Assembly (NCBI GenBank): GCA_002269645.1
Contig: NIVC01000365.1
Span: forward strand, 558,001-622,000
Reading direction: 5' to 3'
DNA length: 64,000 nt
Origin: Macrostomum lignano
Lineage: Eukaryota
Below are positions 13,351 through 25,313 of this stretch, in pieces (position 1 is the stretch's first letter; each line of letters begins with the position of its first letter). A program made the translations under genes and the position numbers. The notes under the pieces were generated by a model. The model was not told the origin of the DNA. It saw only the letters and a list, made by a program, of their open reading frames with translations, and made no database searches.

Positions 13351-16300
13351 GGGCACTGATATCGAGGAAAAAATTGCCACAATACGGCAGCTATGTACCA
13401 TTAAACTACTGCCTTTCTGTAGTTTGGAAAGCCCACTCATTAAAGTTCATGTGCCTATCTTTGCTGTGTATGGCACTATATGTTTCGGTAAACTTTAAAA
13501 GAAAATATTTTATTGTTCTAATAGAATTTTTGCTAATCAAATGAAAATTATGAATAGACCACAAAGGACTGTGGGAGTAAATATTGCCCCATATCTGCTT
13601 GAGCAATAAAACGCTGCACCACAGGTACCAGTAGCTTATGCCTTCTAATTGCAGTCATAAAAAGGAATTTATCAATAGTAATAACACAGTAGTATCTTAT
13701 CTATAATTGCTTTGTAATATTTCTGCCAGGTGCGTTAACTTGGTTATCATACTGCTCAATTTACTTATAAAGGTTTGATCTAGTTCTATCTTATCTAAAA
13801 CAAGCGAGTGCCTGAACTGAAAGAGCTGTTTGCATAGCTTGTACTGTCTACAATGCCAACGACAAAAAAAACTCATAACGAGAACAGGAAAAGTTTGTGC
13901 CTGCTCTGCTTGAGACGAGCTTCTGTGCTGATTTCTTCTTGCTCTAATTTCGAATCCGTGGCAGCCGACTTGTTCCAGGACTACGAGGCAGTGCGGCACT
14001 TTCTACCTGAAGGAGTCTGCCAGGGCTGCAGGCGCGTTTTATCGTCACTAAGAAGTCTGACGCCTCGTGCTCTGCCACCGCGACCAGATTACGAGAAGAT
14101 AATAGCCGATATGAAGAGTCTGCCTCCAGCCACCAGAAGCAGACCGGATTGCAACTGCCAACTGTGCGAAATGGCTCGAGGCAATCACCACAAAGGCAGC
14201 GATCCAAAGACGCCTTACACAACAGGTCCTGCTCGAGCCCCACCTGGTCGACCACGCGAAAGATCCCCAGCGCCAGCTGAAGGAGCAACGGCTGTGCTTT
14301 CCTGCTCATACTGTCCTTCTCCAGTTGGGCGTGGCAAACAGCACAAATGCAACTCGACAGCCAAGGTGACTAACATCGAGCAAACAGTCAGCCCAAGGAC
14401 AAGGGAGATGCTGGCCAGCAACTGCATTGCCGAAAAGACGGGTGGGTCGACGGCGGATTCGAATTCGATCACTCTGGCCAGACATCGAGGCGGCCATCCG
14501 ATTCGAGTTGCTGTGCATGTTGCTCAAAACAGCAGTGCGAGCTTTCCTCCAACGAGGACGGACACTATGATGCACTTGAAAACAACTCTGAATCTGAGCA
14601 ACAATCAAGTGCTACAGGCTGCTCAAGTGCTTCGTGCTGGTGCGAGCTCATCTCGTGCAGTCGAGTCAAACTTGAAGAAAATTTTGGTACAGTAAAATCG
14701 AGCATTGGAGGATTACTTCGACAACCAGAATCTCCACTTCTCGGAGCTGACCTCGACTGCCGCAACAGCCGACACTATTTGCCGCCCGACTGTTGTCTGC
14801 AACGACTCGGTCAAACTCATTGCACATGTTGCTCAGCAACGCAGTTTCAATGATTTTCACTGTCTGCTGGGTCTCGATGGTGGCGGCGGATTTTTTAAAG
14901 TTTGCGTTTCGATAATTGGCTCTAACGCAAAACCCGAAATCGGAACTCGAGGAGCCAACAGCAGGAAATTCCGTGACATGGGTGTCAAGAAGATCCTGTT
15001 GCTTGCGATCGTCAACGATGTTCCTGAGACTTACGGAAATATTCAGGCTCTGCTCGAGGCGATCGCTGTCAACGAACTTCAAATCCCAGTCACTGCAGAT
15101 ATGAAAGTTGCAAACATTATCTGCGGACTGCAACCTCATTCCTGTACACATATGTGCCCCTATTGCGAAGCTCTGGCTCCTCTTACAGAAAATGGTGTGC
15201 CAAGAACTCTTGGGAGAATTCGGCAGTTTGCTCAGCAGTTTCAAGCAGCTGGCCAAGTTCGTGCAAAGGCAAAGAACTTTAAAAACTGTGTCAACATGCC
15301 ACTGCTACCAGGCGATGATGACAAAGAAGTTTTGATGCTTCTGCCGCCACCTGAGCTGCACCTGCTCCTTGGAGTCAGCAACCGACTGCTGGACAAGCTC
15401 AACGAAGCTTGGGGTGCGAATCGCGCGTTCGAGTGGGCTCATCAGCATGGCATTATTCGAGCTGATTACAGAGGCGGCATGATGGAAGGAAACGCCTGCC
15501 GCCAGCTGCTCCGCAAATCACCGCAGCTTCACGCTGATCTGCCTCCACCATTACAGCCGTACGGGGCGTGTCTGATGGCGTTCGATCGGCTGGTCAGCAG
15601 CGCCTTTGGAACCGAATTGGCGGCAGACTTTGAAGAGGCAATTGAGAATTTTCGCCTGGCCTACATGAGCTTAAGCTTGCCTGTCACCCCAAAAGTTCAC
15701 GTTGTCTTTTGCCATATTGGAGAGTTCTGCCGGCGGACAGAGCAAGCGCTTGGCAGCTGCAGCGAGCAAGCAGTGGAGAGTGTTCACTCTGATTTTGCCC
15801 AAACGTGGTCACGGTACAGCCTGCCAGCGCACCATGCTGAGTTTGGCCAAAATCTTTTGCGCGCCGTGGTTGCTTACAACAGCCACCACATTTAATCCCG
15901 GTAACTCGGTTTTCTGCTTTAAAAGAAATGGCAGTGGTTGTTAGTTAGTCTCACAGTAAAGTAGTATTCAAAGGACCCTATAAATTTAAAATACTAAACT
16001 TTTTGCAAGCTCCCGTACTGTCGAAAGCTTTCATACTTTTGCTACTTTATATGCTAATACGAGCGTACCTTGCAATATTATTGCAGAAATGCATGTAGTT
16101 CTGGTTCATATTTGAGGTACTTGCTACACAAAAAGAATATAGTTATTTCGAAATTTTTCTATAAAACCCATGCTGTTTCCGAGTATTTAAATGTAAACAA
16201 TTTGTAATGTTAGAAATCGTAAAATTATTTAACTTACTAACTCACAAGCTAGTTAACAAGTAAAACGAGCAATAATACTACACAAACATTAACCTAAATA

Positions 16301-16534
16301 AACTTATTGTAATCTTGTACTCTTTTTGTACAAGTATACATTGAGTCTGCCACTTGCTAAGAATTTCTGCTTGTCTTATTAACGAGAGCAATTAACGAGA
16401 GCAATTGTACACAGATTGTACACAAAGATAGGCACATGAATTTTAATGAGTGGGCTTTCTGAACTACAGAAAGGCAGTAGTTTAATGGTACATAGGTGCC
16501 GCCTTGTGGCAATTTTTCCCCAATATCAGTGCCC
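13351..16534 (+). mobile_element. Chapaev-like (CMC/RAG1-Transib-related) DNA transposon, ~3.2 kb
   Basis: Imperfect ~113-bp TIRs at 13351-13463 and 16423-16534 (GGGCACTGATAT..., about 9 differences). Flanks ATGCT/ATGCC resemble a TSD. Transposase inside. Confidence 0.8.
13853..15895 (+). pseudogene. Transposase, ~680 codons, interrupted by one in-frame TAA at 14693-14695
   Basis: The 280-aa and 396-aa ORFs share one frame. N-terminal H-x7-C-x2-C-x32-P-x3-C-x2-C (Chapa-like); core GLDGGG / TADMK / CPYC / PELH / H-x4-H / SEQAVES. Confidence 0.8.
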
Positions 16535-17005
16535 ATGCCCAGCCTAACCTTTGGTAAGTCAGTCCCTTACTGTCTAAAATACTTAGATTAGCTTTTTTGA
16601 CTTAAAAAATGTATTTATTTTTAACTGACTGTTTATTAAAAATATTCTAGTTATCGATAATTTTCAGCTTCAAGAACAGTTGGAAGCCAAGAGAAGGCAT
16701 GAAGGTCACGCGAACATGGCACTAACATATAATAGCAAAACTTATCTCGGATTCACCCACAGCGGCTAAATATGAAACCAGAAACCCCAAAGGCCACTTG
16801 AGTGCAGCACTGACGTAGGCGTACGTTAATTCATTACGTTGTGCATCAGACACAACCAGTGAGCCATTACTCACATGCTAAATATAGACTGTAATGTACA
16901 TGGCCTGTCCACGCCAATAGAACACTATAAAAGCACTGCTAGATGTAGGGCTAGCATGGACCAACCAAACAGGCCGCATTCGCAGCACCCACTGCCAGTC
17001 CTGAC

Positions 17006-18429
17006 ATGCCGGCATTCAGCAAAGTCACCGAGGACAAAATACACTCGGCCAGATCGCCCTACAGACTGGGTAAGCAGAGCTGTCCGCTCTCTTTTACTAC
17101 TGAAATTTACTCTGCTGTGATGTTAAAAAATTGCTCAATCACTGCTCCCTCACCGACCTTCCAGGCAGCCTGCTGTTCTGCGTCACCGCCGCCAGGTTCC
17201 CCGCCTTCGCCGAGTACGCGACGCGGCTGCGGTCGCTCAGTCGGTCGGCGGCGCCCTTCCTGGCTGATGAGGCGGCCCGGTGTCGCTGGGCGGATGTTGG
17301 CCTCTTCCTGCCGGCTGATGAGGCGGCCACCGGAGCAGTTCGCTGCTTCCACTGCGGCTGCCGGCTTCCGGTGCGGCCGGGCGGCCCGACCGACGAGCCG
17401 CTGCGGCTTCACGAGCAGCTGGGAGGCGAGCAGTGCGAGCTGCTCACGCTGCTCAAGGTTGCTCACGGAATGCTGAGCGAGCGACACGACCGGGTCGTCG
17501 CCACCTCCGCCAAGCTGAGACGCGCGCTCGCCAAGCTGAGCAGCGACCTGCTCGAGCGCAGATCGATGCTCGGTCTGGTCGAGTCGTTCGGCTTCGCCAG
17601 GAGCAGCGTGCTGTACTGCGCCTGCCGGCACTTCATGACTCGGGGCGGCCAGCTGGCCTGCAGGCCGGGCGACCTCATCGAGATGATCCGCGAGTTCGAG
17701 GAGCTGCAGCCCGACTGGGGTCACGTGATCGACGTCGAGGCCGTGCTGAGCGACTGCGCAACGCTGAACGAGTCGGGAGCGTCAGGGGAGCGGCAGCAGA
17801 GACCCGCACTGGAGCAGCAGAGACCCCCACTGGAGCAGCAGAGACCCGCACTGGAGCAGCAGAGACCCGCACTGGAGCAGCAGAGACCCGCACTGGAGCA
17901 GCAGAGACCCGTACTGGAGCAGCAGAGACCCGCACTGGAGCAGCAGAGACCCGCACTGGAGCAGCAGAGACCCGCACTGGAGCAGCAGAGACCCGCACTG
18001 GAGCAGCAGAGACCCGCACTGGAGCAGCAGAGACCCGCACTGGAGCAGCAGAGACCCGCACTGGAGCAGCAGAGACCCGCACTGGAGCAGCAGAGACCCG
18101 CACTGGAGCAGCAGAGACCCATAATGGAGCAGCAGAAATCAGAAGCCCTTCAATCCCGAGCCCAAGCAGCCAGAAGTTCCAAGCCCCAGTCAGCGCAGGC
18201 TGCAGAGAAGTCCGGTCACCCGGGCTTTCATTCGCAGATCTCCGTGGAGGAGGACGCAGAGTTCGCAGCTCAGAGTGATAAGTGCCTGCTGTGCCGAGAG
18301 CGCACCCGGGATCACGTGACCCTGCCGTGCGCGCACTTCTTGCTGTGCCGCGGCTGCCTGAGCTCGAGTTCCGCCTGTCCGCAGTGCGGATCCCGCATCC
18401 TGGGAGCCGTCAGGGCCTACATTACCTGA
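17006..18429 (+). CDS. IAP-like copy C: BIR-UBA-(EQQRPAL)16-RING; exons 17006-17069 and 17165-18429
   Basis: TATAAAA at 16926; GTAAGC donor at 17070; 95-nt phase-1 intron; tail nearly identical to copy A. Confidence 0.87.
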
Positions 18430-19119
18430 GCCATTTTGCTGCGACTTTGAAACGCCTTTGTTGGTTCCGGCAGCGCATTTTCTAGGATTTCGCGAAGAAT
18501 TTTCGACTCAACTTTCATGGACGACTCAGGTTGGACTCAAAATAGCAGTTCTTGCTTGATTTTTCGACTTAAATTTTGATCTACCGGCTGGCTTGAAGTT
18601 TGACTGTCGGTCTTTTGCCACAATTGAGTTCTTGGTTGTTTATCTCGCCTTTCTCTCCGCCTTCAAAGTCTTCAATGCTCAATTGTTTTACTATAATGCG
18701 GATAAAGAATAACTGCGTTTTATATTTAAACTTATATTTAAGCTTTTTATTATGTTTTATAGATTAGTTAGCTTCGTCAAGACTCAAGACGTTAATTGGT
18801 TTGTTAAAATGCGCTCTATGAAATATTTTGTACTGTTATTTATTATCAACAATAAATAAACCGGTCGTATGAACGAAATTCCAAGTGACTTCTCGAGGGC
18901 TTTTCTCAGAGTTTTTGGTGCCCAAAATTTGGTGGGATTTCATTGTCGGCTATGCCGTTTAGGAGTATTTAGGGCAATGACCTGTGGGCCTATTTCGAGC
19001 TCTCAATGAGCTTTTATGCTCCTTATGATACCGAAGTATTGTCCTAAAAATATGAGCAGTCTGGGTTCAGCCGCTATCAAGCATGAGGGAGAAACAAATG
19101 TTGTGCCTTCGCCTGCAGC

Positions 19120-20220
19120 TCTGCAGTCTCTGACCCTCATCTCCGCTCCCCTTCTCTCCCTCCCTGCAGCCTCTGAACCTCATCTCCGCTCCTCTTCCCT
19201 CCCTCCCTGCAGCCTCTGAACCTCATCTCCGCTCCCCTTCTCTCCCTCCCTGCAGCCTCTGAACCTCATCTCCGCTCCTCTTCCCTCCCTCCCTGCAGCC
19301 TCTGAACCTCATCTCCGCTCCCCTTCTCTCCCTCCCTGCAGTCTCTGACCCTCATCTCCGCTCCTCTTCCCTCCCTCCCTGCAGCCTCTGAACCTCATCT
19401 CCGCTCCCCTTCTCTCCCTCCCTGCAGCCTCTGACCCTCATCTCCGCTCCCCTTCCCTCCCTCCCTGCAGCCTCTGAACCTCATCTCCGCTCCTCTTCCC
19501 TCCCTCCCTGCAGCCTCTGAACCTCATCTCCGCTCCCCTTCCCTCCCTCCCTGCAGCCTCTGACCCTCATCTCCGCTCCCCTTCCCTCCCTCCCTGCAGC
19601 CTCTGAAACTCATCTCCGCTCCCCTTCCCTCCCTCCCTGCAGCCTCTGAACCTCATCTCCGCTCCTCTTCCCTCCCTCCCTGCAGCCTCTGACCCTCATC
19701 TCCGCTCCTCTTCCCTCCCTCCCTGCAGCCTCTGAACCTCATCTCCGCTCCCCTTCCCTCCCTCCCTGCAGCCTCTGACCCTCATCTCCGCTCCCCTTCC
19801 CTCCCTCCCTGCAGCCTCTGAAACTCATCTCCGCTCCCCTTCCCTCCCTCCCTGCAGCCTCTGAACCTCATCTCCGCTCCCCTTCTCTCCCTCCCTGCAG
19901 CCTCTGACCCTCATCTCCGCTCCCCTTCCCTCCCTCCCTGCAGCCTCTGAAACTCATCTCCGCTCCTCTTCCCTCCCTCCCTGCAGCCTCTGAAACTCAT
20001 CTCCGCTCCTCTTCCCTCCCTCCCTGCAGCCTCTGAACCTCATCTCCGCTCCCCTTCTCTCCCTCCCTGCAGCCTCTGAACCTCATCTCCGCTCCCCTTC
20101 TCTCCCTCCCTGCAGCCTCTGAACCTCATCTCCGCTCCCCTTCTCTCCCTCCCTGCAGCCTCTGAACCTCATCTCCGCTCCTCTTCCCTCCCTCCCTGCA
20201 GCCTCTGAACCTCATCTCCC
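19120..20220. repeat. 43-bp pyrimidine-rich minisatellite
   Basis: CTGCAGCCTCTGAACCTCATCTCCGCTCCCCTTCTCTCCCTCC x ~25. Confidence 0.95.
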
Positions 20221-21127
20221 TTTCACTTAGTTTTGAATAAATTCTGCACACAATCATCATCAAAAAACAATATACTAAATCTCTTAGATCTGTCTGACCG
20301 GTATTTCAGTATTCAGCCTGAATGCCTGAACCGAATTTTTTCAAACTTGCTGCATTGAATTGGAAATTCTTGTGAGATTGTGTGGGTGTAATTGCATTAA
20401 AAAATTAGAATGGGAAGATGGTTAAATATTCGAAAAACTGTATTTTCCCCATCTAATTAGTGTATTTTTTCGCAGTGAGGGCTCAATATGTCTTTGGCCA
20501 TAGACTAAACTTCAGCTTCTTGAGCTGATGCTCCGAGCCATAAATAATTAAATACGAGTATTCGAAAACATGCTTTTTGCATAAGGGAGAGATATCAGCC
20601 AGTGCACTTTAAAAGTATTGAAGTATTGCGCAACTGTGTATAGGCCTCACTGCTATATATCACTCACTGTGTATATCACTGCTATGTATTTGACTGCAGT
20701 GCCGAAGCATACATGGCTGATGCTAAAAATGGTCTGTCGGTGTGTGCCCCGGTGGGTGCTTGCTACGTCTGTTGGATGCTTGCTGTTTGGCGCCACTATA
20801 TAGTATATGCAAATGATAGAAAAATGCTCAGCGGCTGCGTGCTGTTTGGGAAATGCTTGCTGTCTTGGGGATGCTTGCTGTCTGAGGAATGCTTGCTGTC
20901 TGCGGGCCTGTCTGCAATGTGCAATTTCATGTTCATGAATTTTTGAAACAAATGCAACCCATTGAGTTCGCGGGTACGTAGCGGAGTGCAGCGAACATTG
21001 AACCCTTAAATCTAGACTTAGTGTAGACTGAAGTCCAAAGTACTGAGAGATAAACATTGCGCCCAGAGTTCGCATAAGTCTATTAATACAAAGTACTGAC
21101 GCCAGACACCAGGTAGATCAGAGCCGT

Positions 21128-21740
21128 AAGCTAATGACACTGCAGGTAGATCAACTGTAGGCTAATGACACTGCAGGTAGATCAACTGTAGGCTAATGAC
21201 ACTGCAGGTAGATCAACTGTAGGCTAATGACACTGCAGGTAGATCAACTGTAGGCTAATGACACTGCAGGTAGATCAACTGTAGGCTAATGGCACTGCAG
21301 GTAGATCAGCTGTAAGCTAATGGCACTGCAGGTAGATCAGCTGTAGGCTAATGACACTGCAGGTAGATCAACTGTAGGCTAATGGCACTGCAGGTAGATC
21401 AGCTGTAGGCTAATGACACTGCAGGTAGATCAACTGTAGGCTAATGACACTGCAGGTAGATCAACTGTAGGCTAATGGCACTGCAGGTAGATCAGCTGTA
21501 AGCTAATGGCACTGCAGGTAGATCAGCTGTAGGCTAATGACACTGCAGGTAGATCAGCTGTAAGCTAATGGCACTGCAGGTAGATCAGCTGTAGGCTAAT
21601 GACACTGCAGGTAGATCAGCTGTAGGCTAATGACACTGCAGGTAGATCAGCTGTAGGCTAATGACACTGCAGGTAGATCAGCTGTAGGCTAATGACACTG
21701 CAGGTAGATCAGCTGTAGGCTAATGACACTGCAGGTAGAT
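21128..21740. repeat. 31-bp minisatellite
   Basis: GCTAATGACACTGCAGGTAGATCAACTGTAG x ~20. Confidence 0.95.
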
Positions 21741-22015
21741 GCTCGGTCTTGTCGAGACGTTCAGCTTCGTCAGAGCTATTGAAAAACTGAAAAAATAATC
21801 TATAAAGCGATAGCCAAACTTGACGCACTTGATAGCAACCGAAAGTGACCCAGCAATCCAAAGGTCACAGTGCAGTGCATTCTTGCCCAAAAATAACTGT
21901 GAACCAGAGGACTGCAGCAAAATACTTTATTAGCCTAGCCCAAGATTTATTCTAAAACCTGTTTAGCTCTCGAGCGAAGCGCTGCATCTGCTGGAACTGA
22001 GCCTACCGATCCCCG

Positions 22016-23311
22016 ATGCACAGCTGCCGGCTACTTGGAGCCAAGGTTGCCGCGAGACTGCAGCCCGGAACAGCCTACGTGAGCAGTAAGTGAGCAAGCA
22101 AAGACCCCCCAATCTTGGCGGAGTTGGCCTAAACCTGCCGAGCTGATTGACCTCCTTCCAGGCAGCCTGCTGTTCTGCGTCACCGCCGCCAGGTTCCCCG
22201 CTTTCGCCGAGTACGCGACGCGGCTGCGGTCGCTCAGTCGGTCGGCGGCGCCCTTCCTGGCTGATGAGGCGGCCCGGTGTCGCTGGGCGGATGCTGGCCT
22301 CTTCCTGCCGGCTGATGAGGCGGCCACCGGAGCAGTTCGCTGCTTCCACTGCGGCTGCCGGCTTCCGGTGCGGCCGGCGGCCCGACCGACGAGCCGCTGC
22401 GGCTTCACGAGCAGCTGGGAGGCGAGCAGTGCGAGCTGCTCACGCTGCTCAAGGTTGCTCACGGAATGCTGAGCGAGCGACACGACCGGGTCGTCGCCAC
22501 CTCCGCCAAGCTGAGACGCGCGCTCGCCAAGCTGAGCAGCGACCTGCTCGAGCGCAGATCGATGCTCGGTCTGGTCGAGTCGTTCGGCTTCGCCAGGAGC
22601 AGCGTGCTGTACTGCGCCTGCCGGCACTTCATGACTCGGGGCGGCCAGCTGGCCTGCAGGCCGGGCGACCTCATCGAGATGATCCGCGAGTTCGAGGAGC
22701 TGCAGCCCGACTGGGGTCACGTGATCGACGTGGAGGCCGTGCTGAGCGACTGCGCGACGCAGAACGAGTCGGGAGCGTCAGGGGAAAGGCGGCAGAGACC
22801 CGCACTGGAGCAGCAGAGACCCGCACTGGAGCAGCAGAGACCCGCACTGGAGCAGCAGAGACCCGCACTGGAGCAGCAGAGACCCGTACTGGAGCAGCAG
22901 AGACCCGCACTGGAGCAGCAGAGACCCGCACTGGAGCAGCAGAGACCCGCACTGGAACAGCAGAGACCCGCACTGGAGCAGCAGAGACCCGCACTGGAGC
23001 AGCAGAGACCCGCACTGGAGCAGCAGAGACCCGCACTGGAGCAGCAGAGACCCACACTGGAGCAGCAGAGACCCGCACTGGAGCAGCAGAGACCCACAAT
23101 GGAACAGCAGAGACAGTCCGCATCAGCCTGTTCCATCAGCAAGAATTCAGTTGCATCAGACAGGTGCACGGGTTGCTGGCAAAGTGCCAAGAGCCAGGTA
23201 ACCCTGCCCTGCGCGCACCTGCTGCTGTGTGCTGACTGCCTTCAAGCTCGGTCCCGCTGCCCCAGCTGTGGGGTACGAATCTTGGCCTCCGTTCGGGCCT
23301 ATCTCGTTTAA
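22016..23311 (+). pseudogene. IAP-like copy D: BIR-UBA-(EQQRPAL)15-RING with a 1-nt deletion in the BIR (real or assembly error); exons 22016-22085 and 22162-23311
   Basis: GTAAGT donor, 76-nt phase-1 intron. CGGCCGGCGG at ~22371-22380 vs CGGCCGGGCGG in copies A-C. Own RING CTGC..LPCAH..CADC..CPSC..RAYLV*. Confidence 0.75.
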
Positions 23312-23643
23312 GGCGAGCTCAGTGATTGCCAGCAGCACCTGTGGCCCTTACCCTTCCCATGTCTTTTATGTTTGAACCTAAAAAAATAAGTTTGAAAAGT
23401 CACATCAACAGTCATTGCGATCCTTCTTTTTTCAAGTTGTATTTGTTTGAACATTCACTTGATATTCAAGCGACGAAAACCCCGCCGCAGGCTGACGACG
23501 TTGAGTCTGAAAAATGCGAATTGAGTGGCTGAGCTGACTCGCACTGCTGATCTGATCTGTTGGATTAATATTGCAAGCTTCTCACTAGTTCGAAATAAAA
23601 CTTATTCAGCGATATGCTCGCTTTTTCACGCTTCTGCTTAGCT

Positions 23644-23890
23644 CTCCCTAGCAACCCATCTCCCTAGCAACCCATCTCCCTAGCAACCATCTCCCTAGCA
23701 ACCCATCTCCCTAGCAACCCATCTCCCTAGCAACCCATCTCCCTAGCAACCCATCTCCCTAGCAACCCATCTCCCTAGCAACCCATCTCCCTAGCAACCC
23801 ATCTCCCTAGCAACCCATCTCCCTAGCAACCCATCTCCCTAGCAACCCATCTCCCTAGCAACCCATCTCCCTAGCAACCCATCTCCCTAG
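23644..23890. repeat. 16-bp minisatellite (CCCATCTCCCTAGCAA)
   Basis: ~15 tandem units. Confidence 0.95.
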
Positions 23891-23900
23891 TAATGTGATC

Positions 23901-24427
23901 TCACTCACTCAGCTGGTGTCCCGGCCTGGCCTTCCTGGATCCAACATGCAGCTCACAGAAATGGGGGCTGTTGTTAAAATCGCAAACGCAGGTGCCCTCC
24001 ATCAGCTGCCTTTTCAGATAGGCCTTGCTGTGCTCTGGCGTGTTCTGAGCAGCCGAGAGCCGCTGGCAGCGGCCTCCGGTTGAGTCTGGCGACTGGCCGA
24101 GCGGGCAGGGGTTGGGCGGGTCGCACAGCCTCAGGCACGATCGGTTCCTGGCTCCAGCGGGCAACGGCGGCAGCGTCACGGCCGAGTTCATCGGCCGCGG
24201 CTCCGCGGGCTTCCCAAGGCTCGCCAGCTGCTGCCACAGCCGGTCGGTGGCCGCGGCCTGAGCCTCCTTGGACAGCGCAGCTTCAGTCCAGTTGGCCACC
24301 TGCACCAGCCGGCGGAACTGAGCCTGCAGACGGTCCAGGAGGTCCTCTTGATAGGCGGGCCGGCCGCGCAGCGACTGCGGCAGCAGCAGCAGCAAAATTA
24401 GCAGCGAGGTTCTCTCAACAGCGGCAT
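23901..24427 (-). CDS. Neuroendocrine protein 7B2 (secretogranin V)-like; start and 3' end uncertain
   Basis: Hydrophobic leader LLILLLLLPQSLRG. CDPPNPCPLG..C..NTPEHSKAY..Q..CVCD matches the 7B2 PPNPCP-..-NTAEFSR..Q..C.CD pattern. Confidence 0.6.
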
Positions 24428-24714
24428 GGCTGGCTGGTTGGCTTCCGCTTCTTCTGCTCTCTCGGCGGATTAACACTCGGGCAAATTAAAGGGAAATTTT
24501 GCTACAATTTTGCTTTTGGTCCCCCGTGCCAGCAGGGCGCAGAGAAATTCGATCAATGAACTCGAGCGGGACAGAAGCGTTTTCGAAAAATATTCTAGAA
24601 GCAATCGCTGACTGAATTGGAATTCTGTGTTGCTGCAGTTTGAAGTTCAAATAATTGCGACTTTCTGGCTTCAGTAAGCTCTTGCTCTGGATTTGCTTTT
24701 TGTCAGGAGCGGCA

Positions 24715-24890
24715 GCAGCTCAGCCTGAATCTCGCGCCAGAGTGCCCGGGTTCGATTCCGTGCGCGGGCCTGCCCATGAGGGCCAACCCGCAAGGCACTG
24801 AGACTGTACATGCCTGACGGTTAAAAATTTCTGGGTCGCTGTACACCCTGTGTGAGCGGGTGTGCTCAGAGGCAGCGGGATGGGCCTGAC
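24715..24890 (+). mobile_element. Possible tRNA-derived SINE remnant; related partial copy at ~52535-52640 (minus)
   Basis: B-box GGTTCGATTCC, then a core (GTGTACA..TGTGTGAGC..CTCAGAGGCAGCGGGATGG) shared with the second locus, which also has a B-box-like GGCTCGACTCC. Confidence 0.35.
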
Positions 24891-25248
24891 TGATGGATGC
24901 CGGTGGACTGTCGACGTGACCTGCGGCAGCGCCCACAGCCCCCTGCAATCGTACTAAAACTAAGCTGTTTGGTTTCAGACGATGTGAAGAAATAAACTAA
25001 ATTACGAAATTGGAGGTAGTGGCCAGGGAAACGGATTCTAGAAGTCCTTGCTTGGCCAGCGCACGCTCGGGAAACTCTACAGTGTACTCCTTCTGTGTAC
25101 TTTTAAACAGTGTACTTTTTAACAGTGTACTTTTGAACAGTGTACTTTTGAACAGTGCACTTTTGAACTGTGCACTTTTGAACTGTGCACTTTTGAACTG
25201 TGTACTTTTGTTTTTGTATTGCGTCATAACCAATCAGTCCTGAAGACT

Positions 25249-25276
25249 TCATCGTTGCAGCAGCCGGCTTGCTGAT

Positions 25277-25313
<37 letters not shown>

